Shown: positions 29,583 through 40,040 of the stretch, piece after piece
Position numbering within the stretch: position 1 is the first letter of the stretch
Layout: every line of letters begins with the position of its first letter
Assembly (NCBI GenBank): GCA_977017575.1
Contig: CDRNVI010000036.1
Location: forward strand, 124,001-188,000
Source of the DNA: Paramoeba atlantica
Lineage: Eukaryota; Protista; Discosea
Length of the DNA stretch: 64,000 nucleotides
Direction: 5' to 3'
Notes under the pieces: generated by a model
The model's database searches: none
What the model was told of the DNA's origin: nothing
The model's input: the letters and a program-made list of their open reading frames with translations, nothing else
Program-made: the position numbers and the translations under genes

Positions 29583-31064
29583 TCAAGAAAAGCGTTTCAA
29601 GAAATCTTCTTGAAAAACACGAAGACTCTTGGTTAACAAAACCATGTCTTCCTCTGGGGGAAGGATCGTGGTACGGAAGTGATAGGTGCCCTCACGTTGA
29701 CCGAATCCGGATCCCGGTACCACTACGATCCCCGTAGCCTCTAACAGCTGCAGGCACCATCGCACATCTGGCTGCATGCTCGTCCCGTTGCGTTCGTTTT
29801 CCCGTGCATTGTAGTCAATAAACGACTGGGGTAGCATGAGCTGCGGGAAGGCGTACATCGCACCCTCAATCTCATTGCTACGAATCCCAGGGATAGCATT
29901 CAGTTCCCGTACCAGCAACGCGGCCCGGCGAACCAACGAGTCATAGATCGTGGTGTACTCCTTGGTGTAGCTCTCATAGCTCGCCTCCCCGGGTTGCGGG
30001 GGTCGTACCATCAACTCCGTCATCAGCTGCCCATTCACATTGGAGCACAAATTAATCGACGCAAGCTTCATAATCTGCGCATACAACTCCGACGGGAAGT
30101 TCAACAACTCCATATACCCCCCTCGTCGTCCACACTCCCCGAGAATCCCCTTCGACGTCGAGTGCAGCGAGGCCACCATAGCCTCCTGCGCATACGGTGC
30201 CCCCATCCCCAGCGTCACCTCTCGAAAACTATGAAACCCTTTCCCCGGCTTACAGTACACATTCTCCTGGTACACCTCATCCGCCAGCACCACCAGGCCG
30301 TGCCTGTGCGCGAACCGCACGCACCCCTCCATCACCCCCACCTCCAGCACCTGCCCCGTGGGGTTACCCGGGTTAATCACGACCAGCACCCTTGGGGTCA
30401 CCCCGCGGCGCACACTGGCCTCATAGATCCGCTCCATCTCCCCCACCTCCACGCTCCACCCACTGCTCTCCTGGAGGTAGTAATCCACCGCGGTGCCCCC
30501 GAGGAGGGCTAACGAGGCGGTGTACAGCGGGTACTGCGGGATGGGGATCATGACCCCATCGGAGGGGTCACTCACGAGACACTGCAGGACCAGCTTGACC
30601 CCCGCACTGGCGCCGTCGGTGAGAAAGATGTGGTTCTTGTCGGGTTGGTCTCCTGAAGAGTCCCGTGCGGAGATAAAGTGTGCAATTTCGGTCCGGACCC
30701 CGTCGTAGCCCAGGGAGTGGGTGTAGGCCCCGGTGCGGGCTCCGATGGGACCGGAGAGGTAGTCCCGGGCCCGGGTGAGGGCGTCGGGGGGGAAGAGAGC
30801 GTGGAGGGCCTCGGGGGGGTTTTGTAAGAGACTCGGGCAGTCCACCAGGGCCATGACTTGGCGGGGAAAGGTCAGGGGGGGTTGTTGTAGGGCCTGGGGG
30901 TTGCCAATGTTGCAGTAGATGAGTTTTTGGAAAGGGTAGGGTTTTCCGGCTTTGATTTCGTTTTCGATCTCGAGAGCACGGGTGGGGAGGAGACCACGGA
31001 CGGCGTACTGGGCTTGGAGTACGCGGGGATTGATGGTGACGGGAGGAGGGGTGGGGGTGGTCAT
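29583..31064 (-). CDS. ALAT: Alanine aminotransferase
   Basis: YAVRG, CNIGNPQ, IPQYPLY, INPGNPTG, ADEVYQEN, STSKG..GECGRRGGY, VPGSGFGQ, HFRTTILP. Confidence 0.97.
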   Translation of the reverse strand: MTTPTPPPVTINPRVLQAQYAVRGLLPTRALEIENEIKAGKPYPFQKLIYCNIGNPQALQQPPLTFPRQVMALVDCPSLLQNPPEALHALFPPDALTRARDYLSGPIGARTGAYTHSLGYDGVRTEIAHFISARDSSGDQPDKNHIFLTDGASAGVKLVLQCLVSDPSDGVMIPIPQYPLYTASLALLGGTAVDYYLQESSGWSVEVGEMERIYEASVRRGVTPRVLVVINPGNPTGQVLEVGVMEGCVRFAHRHGLVVLADEVYQENVYCKPGKGFHSFREVTLGMGAPYAQEAMVASLHSTSKGILGECGRRGGYMELLNFPSELYAQIMKLASINLCSNVNGQLMTELMVRPPQPGEASYESYTKEYTTIYDSLVRRAALLVRELNAIPGIRSNEIEGAMYAFPQLMLPQSFIDYNARENERNGTSMQPDVRWCLQLLEATGIVVVPGSGFGQREGTYHFRTTILPPEEDMVLLTKSLRVFQEDFLKRFS

Positions 31065-31255
31065 GGAAGGGGGGAAAGGGGAAGAGGTAGGAAAAGGAAG
31101 GATCGACGAACGACGAGGAAAGTGTTTTGTGAGAATACCTGTTTTTGAAGAATCGATATTGCGATGATTGAATTTCAGTTCTAGAGCGAGTCATGCCTAA
31201 CAGTAGCAGTAAGTAGAACGATTGAAAATAACCAGCCCATGGCTCAAACGAATTA

Positions 31256-32536
31256 TTAATTGTACCAAGGTATGCGTGGGTCCGCAAATAAAAATAAGAA
31301 TGGCGCGACCAGAAGTGCAAGAAAGAAACATACACGTGTGAGGTTCATCGTGTGTGATCGTTCAGTGGTTTTTTGCGTTTGATACTCGTGAGCCCAGCCT
31401 TCTAGTATTGAAATCATAAAAGAGATGACGCAAATCGTAACTATGATCGAGAAAAGATGGGAGAGCAGGAAGGAAGCCATACCGCTCGCATCACTATCTA
31501 GTGACTCACTAGCATTGAATTTGGCGTTTGCAATCACGCTGTTACGTGTGGTTCGTATGACGCGCTCAGTGACATCTATATACTTCCCAGCAGGTGGAAA
31601 GCATTCACGCAAAAAGCGCAAAACGACAGCAATGGTTTCTCCGCTAAACAGCGCCACAAAAAAGGCGCCTTGCAGCGCCACCTTAATGACAGCCTTGCCG
31701 AGCCATGTAGCTGTAAAAAATACCCAAAAAGGCATAAGGGATTGCCCGCATGCCATGCCGCACATATCGAAAGCAGCATTTGGGTACGCGCTAAAGAGAA
31801 GGACACCCCAGAATCCGAATCGGCGAACGACCCTCACCATCCAATCCTTCATCTGGTCCAAAGCACTCCACGCGCCTGAGAGCGCGTTTTCAGATGTACC
31901 ACTTTTCTGTGCCAACTTCGGGCGATTTCGTGCCGCCGCGTAGCTAACAGCGTAGGGAGGAATTTCACCTATCGCAGTCCCAGTTCCCCATAGGACTAAC
32001 CACGGAAGCACTTTCATCCATGTTGCAAGAAAATTAACAGAAGAAGGACTGTGCGTGTAGCACTGAAAAGCCATGGGACCGTATGTGTCAAAGCCGTATC
32101 CTTCGCACTTCTCTACGGCTCGACAGATGTGGTAAATGTGAGGAAACATGAAGAGCATCCCGGTGTGCAGTCCAGTGCCGAACCCAATGGAGCTCGCCAC
32201 ACCAAGCGCCACCCATCGCGCACATTCCCAAAGAATTAGTTCGAACTCGCGCATTCGAAGACTCGGAATACAAATGTACGCAATAGATAGGGGCCATATT
32301 AGATACCAGGTAAGTGAATGTTGAAGGATCGACTCCAGGCGAAGACGGAGGGCACTATGAAGGTAATAGGCGCTGAATTGTAGCACAAGAAGGGGATGTT
32401 CAAAAAATCGTAACGGCGCGCCATAGTCACTATTAGTATCCTCATCGTGACTAGGAGATATGCTGCAATGCTCTTTTGTATGTGTATTTTTCTCAGTCTG
32501 TCTTTGTGATTGAACAGCACCACTTTTATCTTTCAT
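31256..32536 (-). CDS. VMP1: Vacuole membrane protein 1 (VMP1/TMEM49 family)
   Basis: LGVASSIGFGTGLHT, GTGTAIGEIPPY, PNAAFDMCGMACG, FFTATWLGKA. Confidence 0.93.
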   Translation of the reverse strand: MKDKSGAVQSQRQTEKNTHTKEHCSISPSHDEDTNSDYGAPLRFFEHPLLVLQFSAYYLHSALRLRLESILQHSLTWYLIWPLSIAYICIPSLRMREFELILWECARWVALGVASSIGFGTGLHTGMLFMFPHIYHICRAVEKCEGYGFDTYGPMAFQCYTHSPSSVNFLATWMKVLPWLVLWGTGTAIGEIPPYAVSYAAARNRPKLAQKSGTSENALSGAWSALDQMKDWMVRVVRRFGFWGVLLFSAYPNAAFDMCGMACGQSLMPFWVFFTATWLGKAVIKVALQGAFFVALFSGETIAVVLRFLRECFPPAGKYIDVTERVIRTTRNSVIANAKFNASESLDSDASGMASFLLSHLFSIIVTICVISFMISILEGWAHEYQTQKTTERSHTMNLTRVCFFLALLVAPFLFLFADPRIPWYN

Positions 32537-33383
32537 TTTTAACTGATAAGGAATGAATGATATACAAGCAGTATTTGTATTTGTTTGCGCACTTTAAAAC
32601 CTGTTATTCTTACATTCGTATTGATATTATGCATACGTTATCAAGTTTATATTCGCCATGCGTGCTATACATGTAGTATCCCTCTTTTAAAAAAATATCA
32701 AAAACGCTCTTAGAAGGTTTAAGGCACTGTTCTAGGAGTTGCATACAAACGAAAACATGAATGACAATATGCAATTACAATAGAAGGGAAGTACAATATA
32801 CAATTCTAACTGTATGATATTTGGAAAAATAGTGAAATTGCAAAACAGTCTCACGTTTCGCAGCCAAGTACGGCGCCTCTTGAAAAATATTAAAAAAATA
32901 CTCTGCTCTTTTAGACACTTCTCTCCCATAATTGCTCGTCGACATACAGGTCGTGATACATACGGTACCACGTATTACACACAATGCACACTTGAGCCGG
33001 TTACTGTTTTGTACAAATTTCGATTTAGCAAATCATTGATCCCGCACACACGTCTATTTATTTTTAGAAGCAATTGTTTCGATCCAATACTCTTCAATTG
33101 ATGTATCGGTAATTTTGGAATAGAGTATCTTATCAGAGCAGTGTCAGTGCTGTTGGGCACAGAACGAGATGCAACTGTCATAAACGGCAGTCAAAAAACA
33201 TCAACAGATGAACAAAATTTACCATCAGGCAAATCAAATGCAGCGAATTCAATTCGCAATCTTGCGCACAATCAATAATTTACATTGCTGAACACGACCG
33301 CGTTCTCCTAAAAAGGTTTTCCCAATGTGCTGGGCAATTCGTACTATTCGGCTTATACGATTGACGTAGTCATACTATGAATT

Positions 33384-35681
33384 TTATCCGGTGATGACCT
33401 TTCCGTTAGTACCTTGTTCAAACAAAAGCAAGACCCACTCAGTGAAAACATCAGCCAAAATTTGGTATTCACCTCGCACGTGGGTTTCAAAAATAACGTC
33501 CTGTCTCACTAAGCCAGCGTACTCCATCAGAAGTGCTTGCAAATTCAGGGCGATACGATCAGTATTCTCGTTCCATCGTTCCACAGAGTTTAAGTAAGAA
33601 TCCCGAATCGAGTGCAACATTTGTGCTTTCTCCTTTCCTGGACTGCGAATGTCCAACAAGACATGCAGATAGTCCTGCAGGGTACAGTGTACAAAAGAAT
33701 ATTCACCCTGAAATTCGCCCCATACCTCCGTGTTAAAATTCTTCGGAATTATACGAGCCCAGATGCTCGAATTCTGCTGGAACGGGCGAATGCACAATGA
33801 AAATTTCTTTTCGACTTCGGCTTTTGTAACAAAAAGGCTTCCAAAGTCGAAGTGCAATATCGCATTGTAAATTACCTTTCCAATTACTGCTTCGAGGGTA
33901 CGTCGCCACCATTCACGGTGGTATGAGGCGTTCTCGAACGACGATGTGGATTTCATTGTCTCCAAAATATCATCAATATGTTGCTCATGGACTTCACAAA
34001 GGATTAACCAATCTATAAGTCTATCTTCTCTGCTACTAATTCTGCTATCGAGTTTTAGAGGGGTGTGTGAACTAACATGAAGGTTCCACAGAATCCGCAT
34101 GTCATGGGTCACGGCGTTGATGATTTGCACCATTTGGGACCATGATAACAATGCTCTTTTCTTTTTTGCTTTATTTAGCAAAAATCTTCCAAAGTGATGG
34201 GAACATGAACACTGATATTCTACATTTGGTAGAACACTTTCCGAATTTAAAATTTCCTGCTGCATCGAATCGAACACCTCAAAAGGAACTGGGACATTGC
34301 AAATACTGCACCGTATGTAAGGCAGATCATACGTTTCTAATGCCGCGTGAACTATGGGGAACTGAAGAAGAAGATTTTCTACTGTATCTCGCGCATCAGA
34401 TTCGTAAGACTCAAGAAGGTTAAAGGACGTTTGTTGCATGGCTCCTTGTAAAGTATTCTCAATAGGGAGAGCAAAATTTATAGTTGCCTGTAGCTCCGTG
34501 AAATCGGTAATCAGCTGCAACAATCTATCATCCACAGTACCTTCAAAGGAATGTGGGTACAGCGTCGTAGTGGTTTGACGAACATTTGCGAGTTTCCCCA
34601 TACTCTTTGGTATCAAGAACCTCTTTAAATGAGACCACGTCTCACTTGTTTTTGCATTGGAATGCGGCTTGGAAATACTGGTCATTAACCGCTCACTACG
34701 ATCACGCACAGCCGAATTCTCTTTCCAATTACCTGCAATAGATCGTTGCAATAAAACTTCAATGTAATCCAAGAATAACGAAATGACATTCTCATACCGG
34801 TAAAAATGATCACGAATATAATCCCCACCGATATACATTCGGATAAGAGCGATCATAACAGCGTTCATACCTCTTTGTATCACGTGCGGATGCAAAACAT
34901 CACGATCATCAAAATGCTTGTCTGTCCCGAAAAATCGAAGCCTTTGGTCTAGGTCCCCAAAAATATTCTGAAAATATAATTCAGATTGCTCAGAAATGGA
35001 TTTCCACGCTAGCCTCGTTCCAGTCATTCGAAATGACATTGCGTGCTGCAGGTAAATCTCCGTCATGCCCATTTGTATACCCTGGTGAAGCACTCGGAGG
35101 ATTTGAGTTATATTTACACTGTCGTGTTCACCATTGTCAGATACGGATCGCATCAGCGTCTCACGTACTTGTAAAAGATGCTCTTGCAGAACGCTCAGGC
35201 CAAAATTCATAGATTTTGCACCGAAATGAACGTCATTCAAAACGTCGTCGTCCAACTCACATTCAGTGAACAAGGTTGCAAGAAATGTAACATGCTGCGC
35301 ATGCAAAGCTTTTGCTGTGGATGACACCCATTGTACTTGTTTACTTAATTGGGCCATGTCTGTGTATCTTGTTGAATCCGCGGCTTGAAAAGATGTGGTA
35401 TTTAACGCCTGTGCAAAGCTTTTATGGGCAGCAAGAAGTACAAAATCTACCTGATTTACAGTTTCCCAAGGCAAAATTTCCGAGCAAGCAGAAGGCCTTG
35501 CTTTTCGAAAATTAAAAAATATTGGAGAGTCGCTTTCTGGTGCAGCGGAAAGACTTGAGGAAGAATCTCGAGACAACGAATCCACATTAAACGGAAGAGC
35601 TTCACCTGCAAAAGGACGTGCACGTGAACAATTTGACACGTCCAGAAGCACGAAGAGAACGAGTCCTGTGGAAGAAAACAT
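33384..35681 (-). CDS. Hypothetical protein with a possible C-terminal VPS9-like domain
   Basis: 765 aa; SPGKEKAQML...D...GEYQIL resembles the VPS9 motifs only loosely. Confidence 0.55.
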   Translation of the reverse strand: MFSSTGLVLFVLLDVSNCSRARPFAGEALPFNVDSLSRDSSSSLSAAPESDSPIFFNFRKARPSACSEILPWETVNQVDFVLLAAHKSFAQALNTTSFQAADSTRYTDMAQLSKQVQWVSSTAKALHAQHVTFLATLFTECELDDDVLNDVHFGAKSMNFGLSVLQEHLLQVRETLMRSVSDNGEHDSVNITQILRVLHQGIQMGMTEIYLQHAMSFRMTGTRLAWKSISEQSELYFQNIFGDLDQRLRFFGTDKHFDDRDVLHPHVIQRGMNAVMIALIRMYIGGDYIRDHFYRYENVISLFLDYIEVLLQRSIAGNWKENSAVRDRSERLMTSISKPHSNAKTSETWSHLKRFLIPKSMGKLANVRQTTTTLYPHSFEGTVDDRLLQLITDFTELQATINFALPIENTLQGAMQQTSFNLLESYESDARDTVENLLLQFPIVHAALETYDLPYIRCSICNVPVPFEVFDSMQQEILNSESVLPNVEYQCSCSHHFGRFLLNKAKKKRALLSWSQMVQIINAVTHDMRILWNLHVSSHTPLKLDSRISSREDRLIDWLILCEVHEQHIDDILETMKSTSSFENASYHREWWRRTLEAVIGKVIYNAILHFDFGSLFVTKAEVEKKFSLCIRPFQQNSSIWARIIPKNFNTEVWGEFQGEYSFVHCTLQDYLHVLLDIRSPGKEKAQMLHSIRDSYLNSVERWNENTDRIALNLQALLMEYAGLVRQDVIFETHVRGEYQILADVFTEWVLLLFEQGTNGKVITG

Positions 35682-36064
35682 TACTGTACAGTGTGAATCA
35701 TTGGCTGCCCAGTAGGGTCAGTACCGAAAACGTCGTAAAAAAGACAACTCTGCTAGATTCTTATGATAACGTTGGTAGATCTTTTATTATTCGCGCATCA
35801 AAAAAGCTAAAACTTTACCAAGTCCACCGTAATTACGAAGTAGTAATTACGTGTAGAAAAAGGTGATGCATCTAATTGTTGTGGTGGAATAGTATACATT
35901 AACCGATATAATCATCTAAAACACGTGAACCCATCTATACGCACAATTCCCTGCTGCACTAATCCCAGCATCGTACTTCGTGGCAGCCCACAAACGAGGT
36001 ATTCAGTGATGAAGCTCTTGAGAAGAAAACACTTCAATTCAAATCTAAGGAACTGATACTGCGA

Positions 36065-36319
36065 CTACGTTCTACGACTCTGACGCCACCTTGAAACGCC
36101 AAGAGCCAGAACAGAAAGGGCACTAATGGAAGAATACATCGCAGCAGCCAGAAAACAAGATTTTGCCTTCTTCGTGCACTCCCAGTGATGATGTTCGCAT
36201 AGTAATTCCATGTGCACAGAGCGTGTTTGCAGTAGAATACCCAAAAAGAGAAGTATTAGAGCACTGCAGATTGAGAAAATCGCGCATGTGGAAGCCTTCC
36301 CAGAAATGTTACTAGACAT
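36065..36319 (-). CDS. RNASEK / V-ATPase subunit f-like small membrane protein
   Basis: 84 aa, two TM segments; C..FS....ILLFLGI...S and CFLAAAMY match the RNASEK pattern. Confidence 0.65.
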   Translation of the reverse strand: MSSNISGKASTCAIFSICSALILLFLGILLQTRSVHMELLCEHHHWECTKKAKSCFLAAAMYSSISALSVLALGVSRWRQSRRT

Positions 36320-36573
36320 ACGCTGTAAACGATAGGCTTGTTAGAAAAACATTACTAATATAATGTAATCCCAATCTAGCATTAAAATATTTTTTTCCGT
36401 ATGAAATACATTACTGCTGTATCTCCAATCTTTAAAAAGATATTGATCAAAACTTGTAAAGCATATACAGAACATCCATTTATGTATGCAGTTATTCTAT
36501 CTTGCTAAGAGGGCTGCGGCAAGTGACGTACACCTAAAGAAATTGATAAACCGAACTTTCCAATTAGACTTCG

Positions 36574-37497
36574 CTAGAGATGAACACACTGCGCACTATT
36601 CGGATACGTTGGAATTTGCAAAGAAAGGCTCGAAGCGATTCGAGTAGAAATAAATCTTCCTCCTAGGTAATGAATAGCGCTGCACCTTTCAGCGCATTTC
36701 TTCGGTATGGTTAAAGAGATAAGCATATGGGGGAGCAGTGTGTGATCTTGTTCGGCTTCACTTGAAGTCTCCAAAGGTGTTTTAACCGCGGTTGACCTAC
36801 ATTTTGTATTGTCTACTTCCCACCCTGACGGCACATCGACGCTCACAAGTCTTACGGGATGAGTGTTGCCTTTCGGTACGTGCCTCCCGTATCCACAGTA
36901 AGGATTGCAAACTTTTGCAAGTTGTGTGATGATCGAAGAGAAAGGTTCTCGTACTTCTCCATGGAAGTTAAACCCGAATATTGCATCAATAATAAGATTG
37001 TATGATTCCAAAGTGCCTGGCGGATCTAGTGGATTAGTGCTTATGACTCCGCAAGGCATACTTTTGTCGGAATTCGATGAAAATACATCCCGTAGCTGAG
37101 TGAGGATGTGTGGAAGCCTCACACACGGTTTTGGGTACCACACATCCACAACGTGACCAAATAATGATAAGTGCCGGGCGGCGACGAGTCCGTCTCCGCC
37201 ATTATTTCCTGGGCCACAAACAGAAAGGATTCTAAGCGGATGGTCCAAGCCAGATTTTCCATACTCCGTCTCAATCGCGGTAGCAACGCTTAACCCAGCG
37301 AGCTCCATTAACTGATCAAGACTGTACTGACATGCAGGACCCATAAGCTCCGAATCAATAAGATTTGCCACAGATTGACTCACATAGGAGATTCGCTCCG
37401 TAAGTATATTTTTCGCCAATCGATCCAAATAAACAGTTTTTCGACTCATAAGATCGCGTGTACAGATAATAGAAAAGTACAAAGATAACACATACAT
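36574..37497 (-). CDS. NAXE: NAD(P)H-hydrate epimerase (YjeF_N)
   Basis: QLMELAGLSVA, CGPGNNGGDGLVAARHL, IDAIFGF, SVDVPSGW, LISLTIPK, HYLGGRF; the true start may be 37449. Confidence 0.94.
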   Translation of the reverse strand: MYVLSLYFSIICTRDLMSRKTVYLDRLAKNILTERISYVSQSVANLIDSELMGPACQYSLDQLMELAGLSVATAIETEYGKSGLDHPLRILSVCGPGNNGGDGLVAARHLSLFGHVVDVWYPKPCVRLPHILTQLRDVFSSNSDKSMPCGVISTNPLDPPGTLESYNLIIDAIFGFNFHGEVREPFSSIITQLAKVCNPYCGYGRHVPKGNTHPVRLVSVDVPSGWEVDNTKCRSTAVKTPLETSSEAEQDHTLLPHMLISLTIPKKCAERCSAIHYLGGRFISTRIASSLSLQIPTYPNSAQCVHL

Positions 37498-37709
37498 GTA
37501 GAAGCTAAGAGGTCGGAGAGATGGACATCATAGGCAAGTTATCACCTCTATAGAACTCCCATAATAAAACACTCTCTTATCGTATGTTTTACAGTCACAA
37601 TGACCTAACAGAGCACGTACTAAAAATGCTAAGGACTGTAAAGCAGTCTTGTGCATGTCACACAGACTGCATGTGTAGCAGACTGTGTGGTAGACATGTA
37701 ACGAAAACC

Positions 37710-39878
37710 TCAATTATACATTCTAATTGCAAGTTTAATTTGGTGTCGCATTACATTGTTCCAGCTCTCAGCATCTTGTAGTTCGCATAATCGCCTTGAG
37801 CACGTACATCGAACCTGTGCCAAAGAGTCTCTTTTAGCAAGGAAAATATCCGACATACTTATTGATTGTAACCAGCTCACTTGCTCAGCGATAGATTCGT
37901 TGGGTAACTCGGAGAAGTCGCTTAGAATGTTTATCATATCTTTTAACAGAGAATCGCTTGGTTGTATCACAGATAGAAAGTCATCAGAGAGGCTGCTCGT
38001 TATTATCTTAAGTCCTAAGCATAGCGTCTCACGCGACTCGCATGACAACGCGATTGCTTCCGCATATTTTTTCTCCTGCAAAAGAAGAAGAAGTTTTGTT
38101 TCAGAGAAAATTTCCTTATTCACTTTTTGCGTCTTCGGATTTGTAGACGCTATATAATCTTTCACGTTTCGAATCTGCTGCGAAATTTGATCATTTAAGA
38201 CGTTACGCTCTACTTGCATCTTGTCCGCTTCTTTCTTAAGCAAAGCTTCCGAAAATTCAGTGTACTTCCCAAGAATCAACTCAGCTGAATTCCGCACGTG
38301 CTGCCCTATTTTGTCGTCCAAATTTTCTCCGAATTCCCCAAGAGTCTTACTTAGGGCATTGTCGACACCCTGCCCGATATTTCCCCGCAAGAGCTCGGCT
38401 ATAGCCCCCGGCAAAGTCTGTACTAAGAAACTTGTCGATTCCTCAATGCATTTCTTAACTATCTCTTCGTCCCTCGATTCCCGTTGCGCAATTCGATTCT
38501 TAAGTCCGGTGAGTCGACGCTCAATAGCAGTAATAACGTTATCAATGTCTATTATCTCGTGAGAAGTCTTTTCATTTGACGCAATGCTTTGAACCAAAAC
38601 AGAATGCTTTACTACCTGCTCGTTAATAGCATTTAGCTGTTGCTCGTGTAACTCTAAAATGTGGTGAAGCTCCTCAATTTTTTCACCAACAATTGAGTCA
38701 CCTCGGCTGGCTGTGTCGAGGCCTCTCTCCAGAACCGCCCTATCGTGTACGCTGGAAGACGAAATTTCTGTTTGATTAAAATTAGATACCTTGAATCGAG
38801 ATCGAAGAATATATAAGGAATGCATAGTGTACACGTCTACCTCATCATCCGAAACTCGAACACTCTCTATGCTCACAACGGGGTCCATAAGCTCATAATA
38901 ATTACATTCTCCGGTAAAGTGAAAGGTGTTTTCCTGACAAGTTATTCCCACGACACGGAGAATGGGCCGCACAGTTCGCTTCTCTTGGATATGAGGACAT
39001 AGCACAACTAGCCACTTGTCCGGAGACATGCACACCAATCTCATCAGATCATTACCTGAGCTTATAGAAAATCTCTGATTGCATGTGCGCGACGTTATGT
39101 CCCAAACTTGTAAGTTCTCAACACTACGCAGAAGAAACATGGATTCATTTAGCGGTATAATATCTTTTATGTTGTACTCCATGCCTTCTGTTCCATGTAG
39201 TCCGATGCAGTCGGTCATGGATGTCTCCAAGGACCATAATCCTAAAACACCGGGTGAAGCTACTGCGACATATTGAGACAACAGACCCAACGCCGACGGC
39301 TTGTAGAACTCCAAGACACTTTTAACGTCGTCAATTACCCACGTTTCATTCTGCAAAGTCGATTGCGGGAATCTGAGGCACTGAATTCCACTTTCGGAGC
39401 TCAATATAAACAACGACAACGTCTCATCTCGGTACAAAACTCTTACTTGGATTGCATAGTCTCCTAGCGCAGCAGCAGAAGGGAGAACGTGTCGACAAAA
39501 AACGTGTAGCTTTCCTGTAGCTTCATTATATCCCCAGATATGCAAGCTTGAAGAGCTGTCGCAGCTTACAACTATGCACGTGTTACTCGGGAAGCAACGC
39601 GAATCTGGGAAATAAAGCTGCTTTACAAACGTTATCGGGGCGGAATGATCCGTATAAGTAAACTGGTTACCTTTTGGAGTAAGTACTCGTACCTGATTTT
39701 GAAGAGCGTAAGCCCACGCCCGTGGCGTTATTGACAACAAGCATTCCCAGGATTGAGGAGCTATTTCTTTGTTGAAAATCACTACCATTTTGACTTCGGA
39801 GAATCTATTCCCTTCTGATTTCTCAGAGTTGTTTGTGGAATACAAGCTAAAGCGTTTCTGAATCGTTGCTTTCATCAT
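37710..39878 (-). CDS. Varicose/EDC4(Ge-1)-like protein: beta-propeller + coiled coil + Ge-1-like C-terminus
   Basis: 722 aa; beta-rich N-half, heptad region, KYAEAIALS...EQVSWLQSI C-terminal pattern. Confidence 0.55.
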   Translation of the reverse strand: MMKATIQKRFSLYSTNNSEKSEGNRFSEVKMVVIFNKEIAPQSWECLLSITPRAWAYALQNQVRVLTPKGNQFTYTDHSAPITFVKQLYFPDSRCFPSNTCIVVSCDSSSSLHIWGYNEATGKLHVFCRHVLPSAAALGDYAIQVRVLYRDETLSLFILSSESGIQCLRFPQSTLQNETWVIDDVKSVLEFYKPSALGLLSQYVAVASPGVLGLWSLETSMTDCIGLHGTEGMEYNIKDIIPLNESMFLLRSVENLQVWDITSRTCNQRFSISSGNDLMRLVCMSPDKWLVVLCPHIQEKRTVRPILRVVGITCQENTFHFTGECNYYELMDPVVSIESVRVSDDEVDVYTMHSLYILRSRFKVSNFNQTEISSSSVHDRAVLERGLDTASRGDSIVGEKIEELHHILELHEQQLNAINEQVVKHSVLVQSIASNEKTSHEIIDIDNVITAIERRLTGLKNRIAQRESRDEEIVKKCIEESTSFLVQTLPGAIAELLRGNIGQGVDNALSKTLGEFGENLDDKIGQHVRNSAELILGKYTEFSEALLKKEADKMQVERNVLNDQISQQIRNVKDYIASTNPKTQKVNKEIFSETKLLLLLQEKKYAEAIALSCESRETLCLGLKIITSSLSDDFLSVIQPSDSLLKDMINILSDFSELPNESIAEQVSWLQSISMSDIFLAKRDSLAQVRCTCSRRLCELQDAESWNNVMRHQIKLAIRMYN

Positions 39879-40040
39879 AACCGATTAGAGAAAAAAATTG
39901 TATCAAATGCGTGTTTTTGGTGTGTAAAACGGCAACCACTTAGTGATCCAATAAAAGGGGTGCGGAATATATAAGAAAGTAGAATTATGTTGCGATATAG
40001 ATTGCTGCTGCTGTTAAACGATAGATCGATATGTCAGCAT

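Noticed and set aside
30568-31335. 255-aa same-strand ORF overlapping the ALAT start in another frame
   Set aside because: TTG start and Pro/Arg/Ser-rich; explained by the C-rich island arm.
36006-36056. C/D-box-like GTGATGA...CTGA
   Set aside because: Only ~50 nt, on the non-gene strand, with no supporting C'/D' boxes or cluster.
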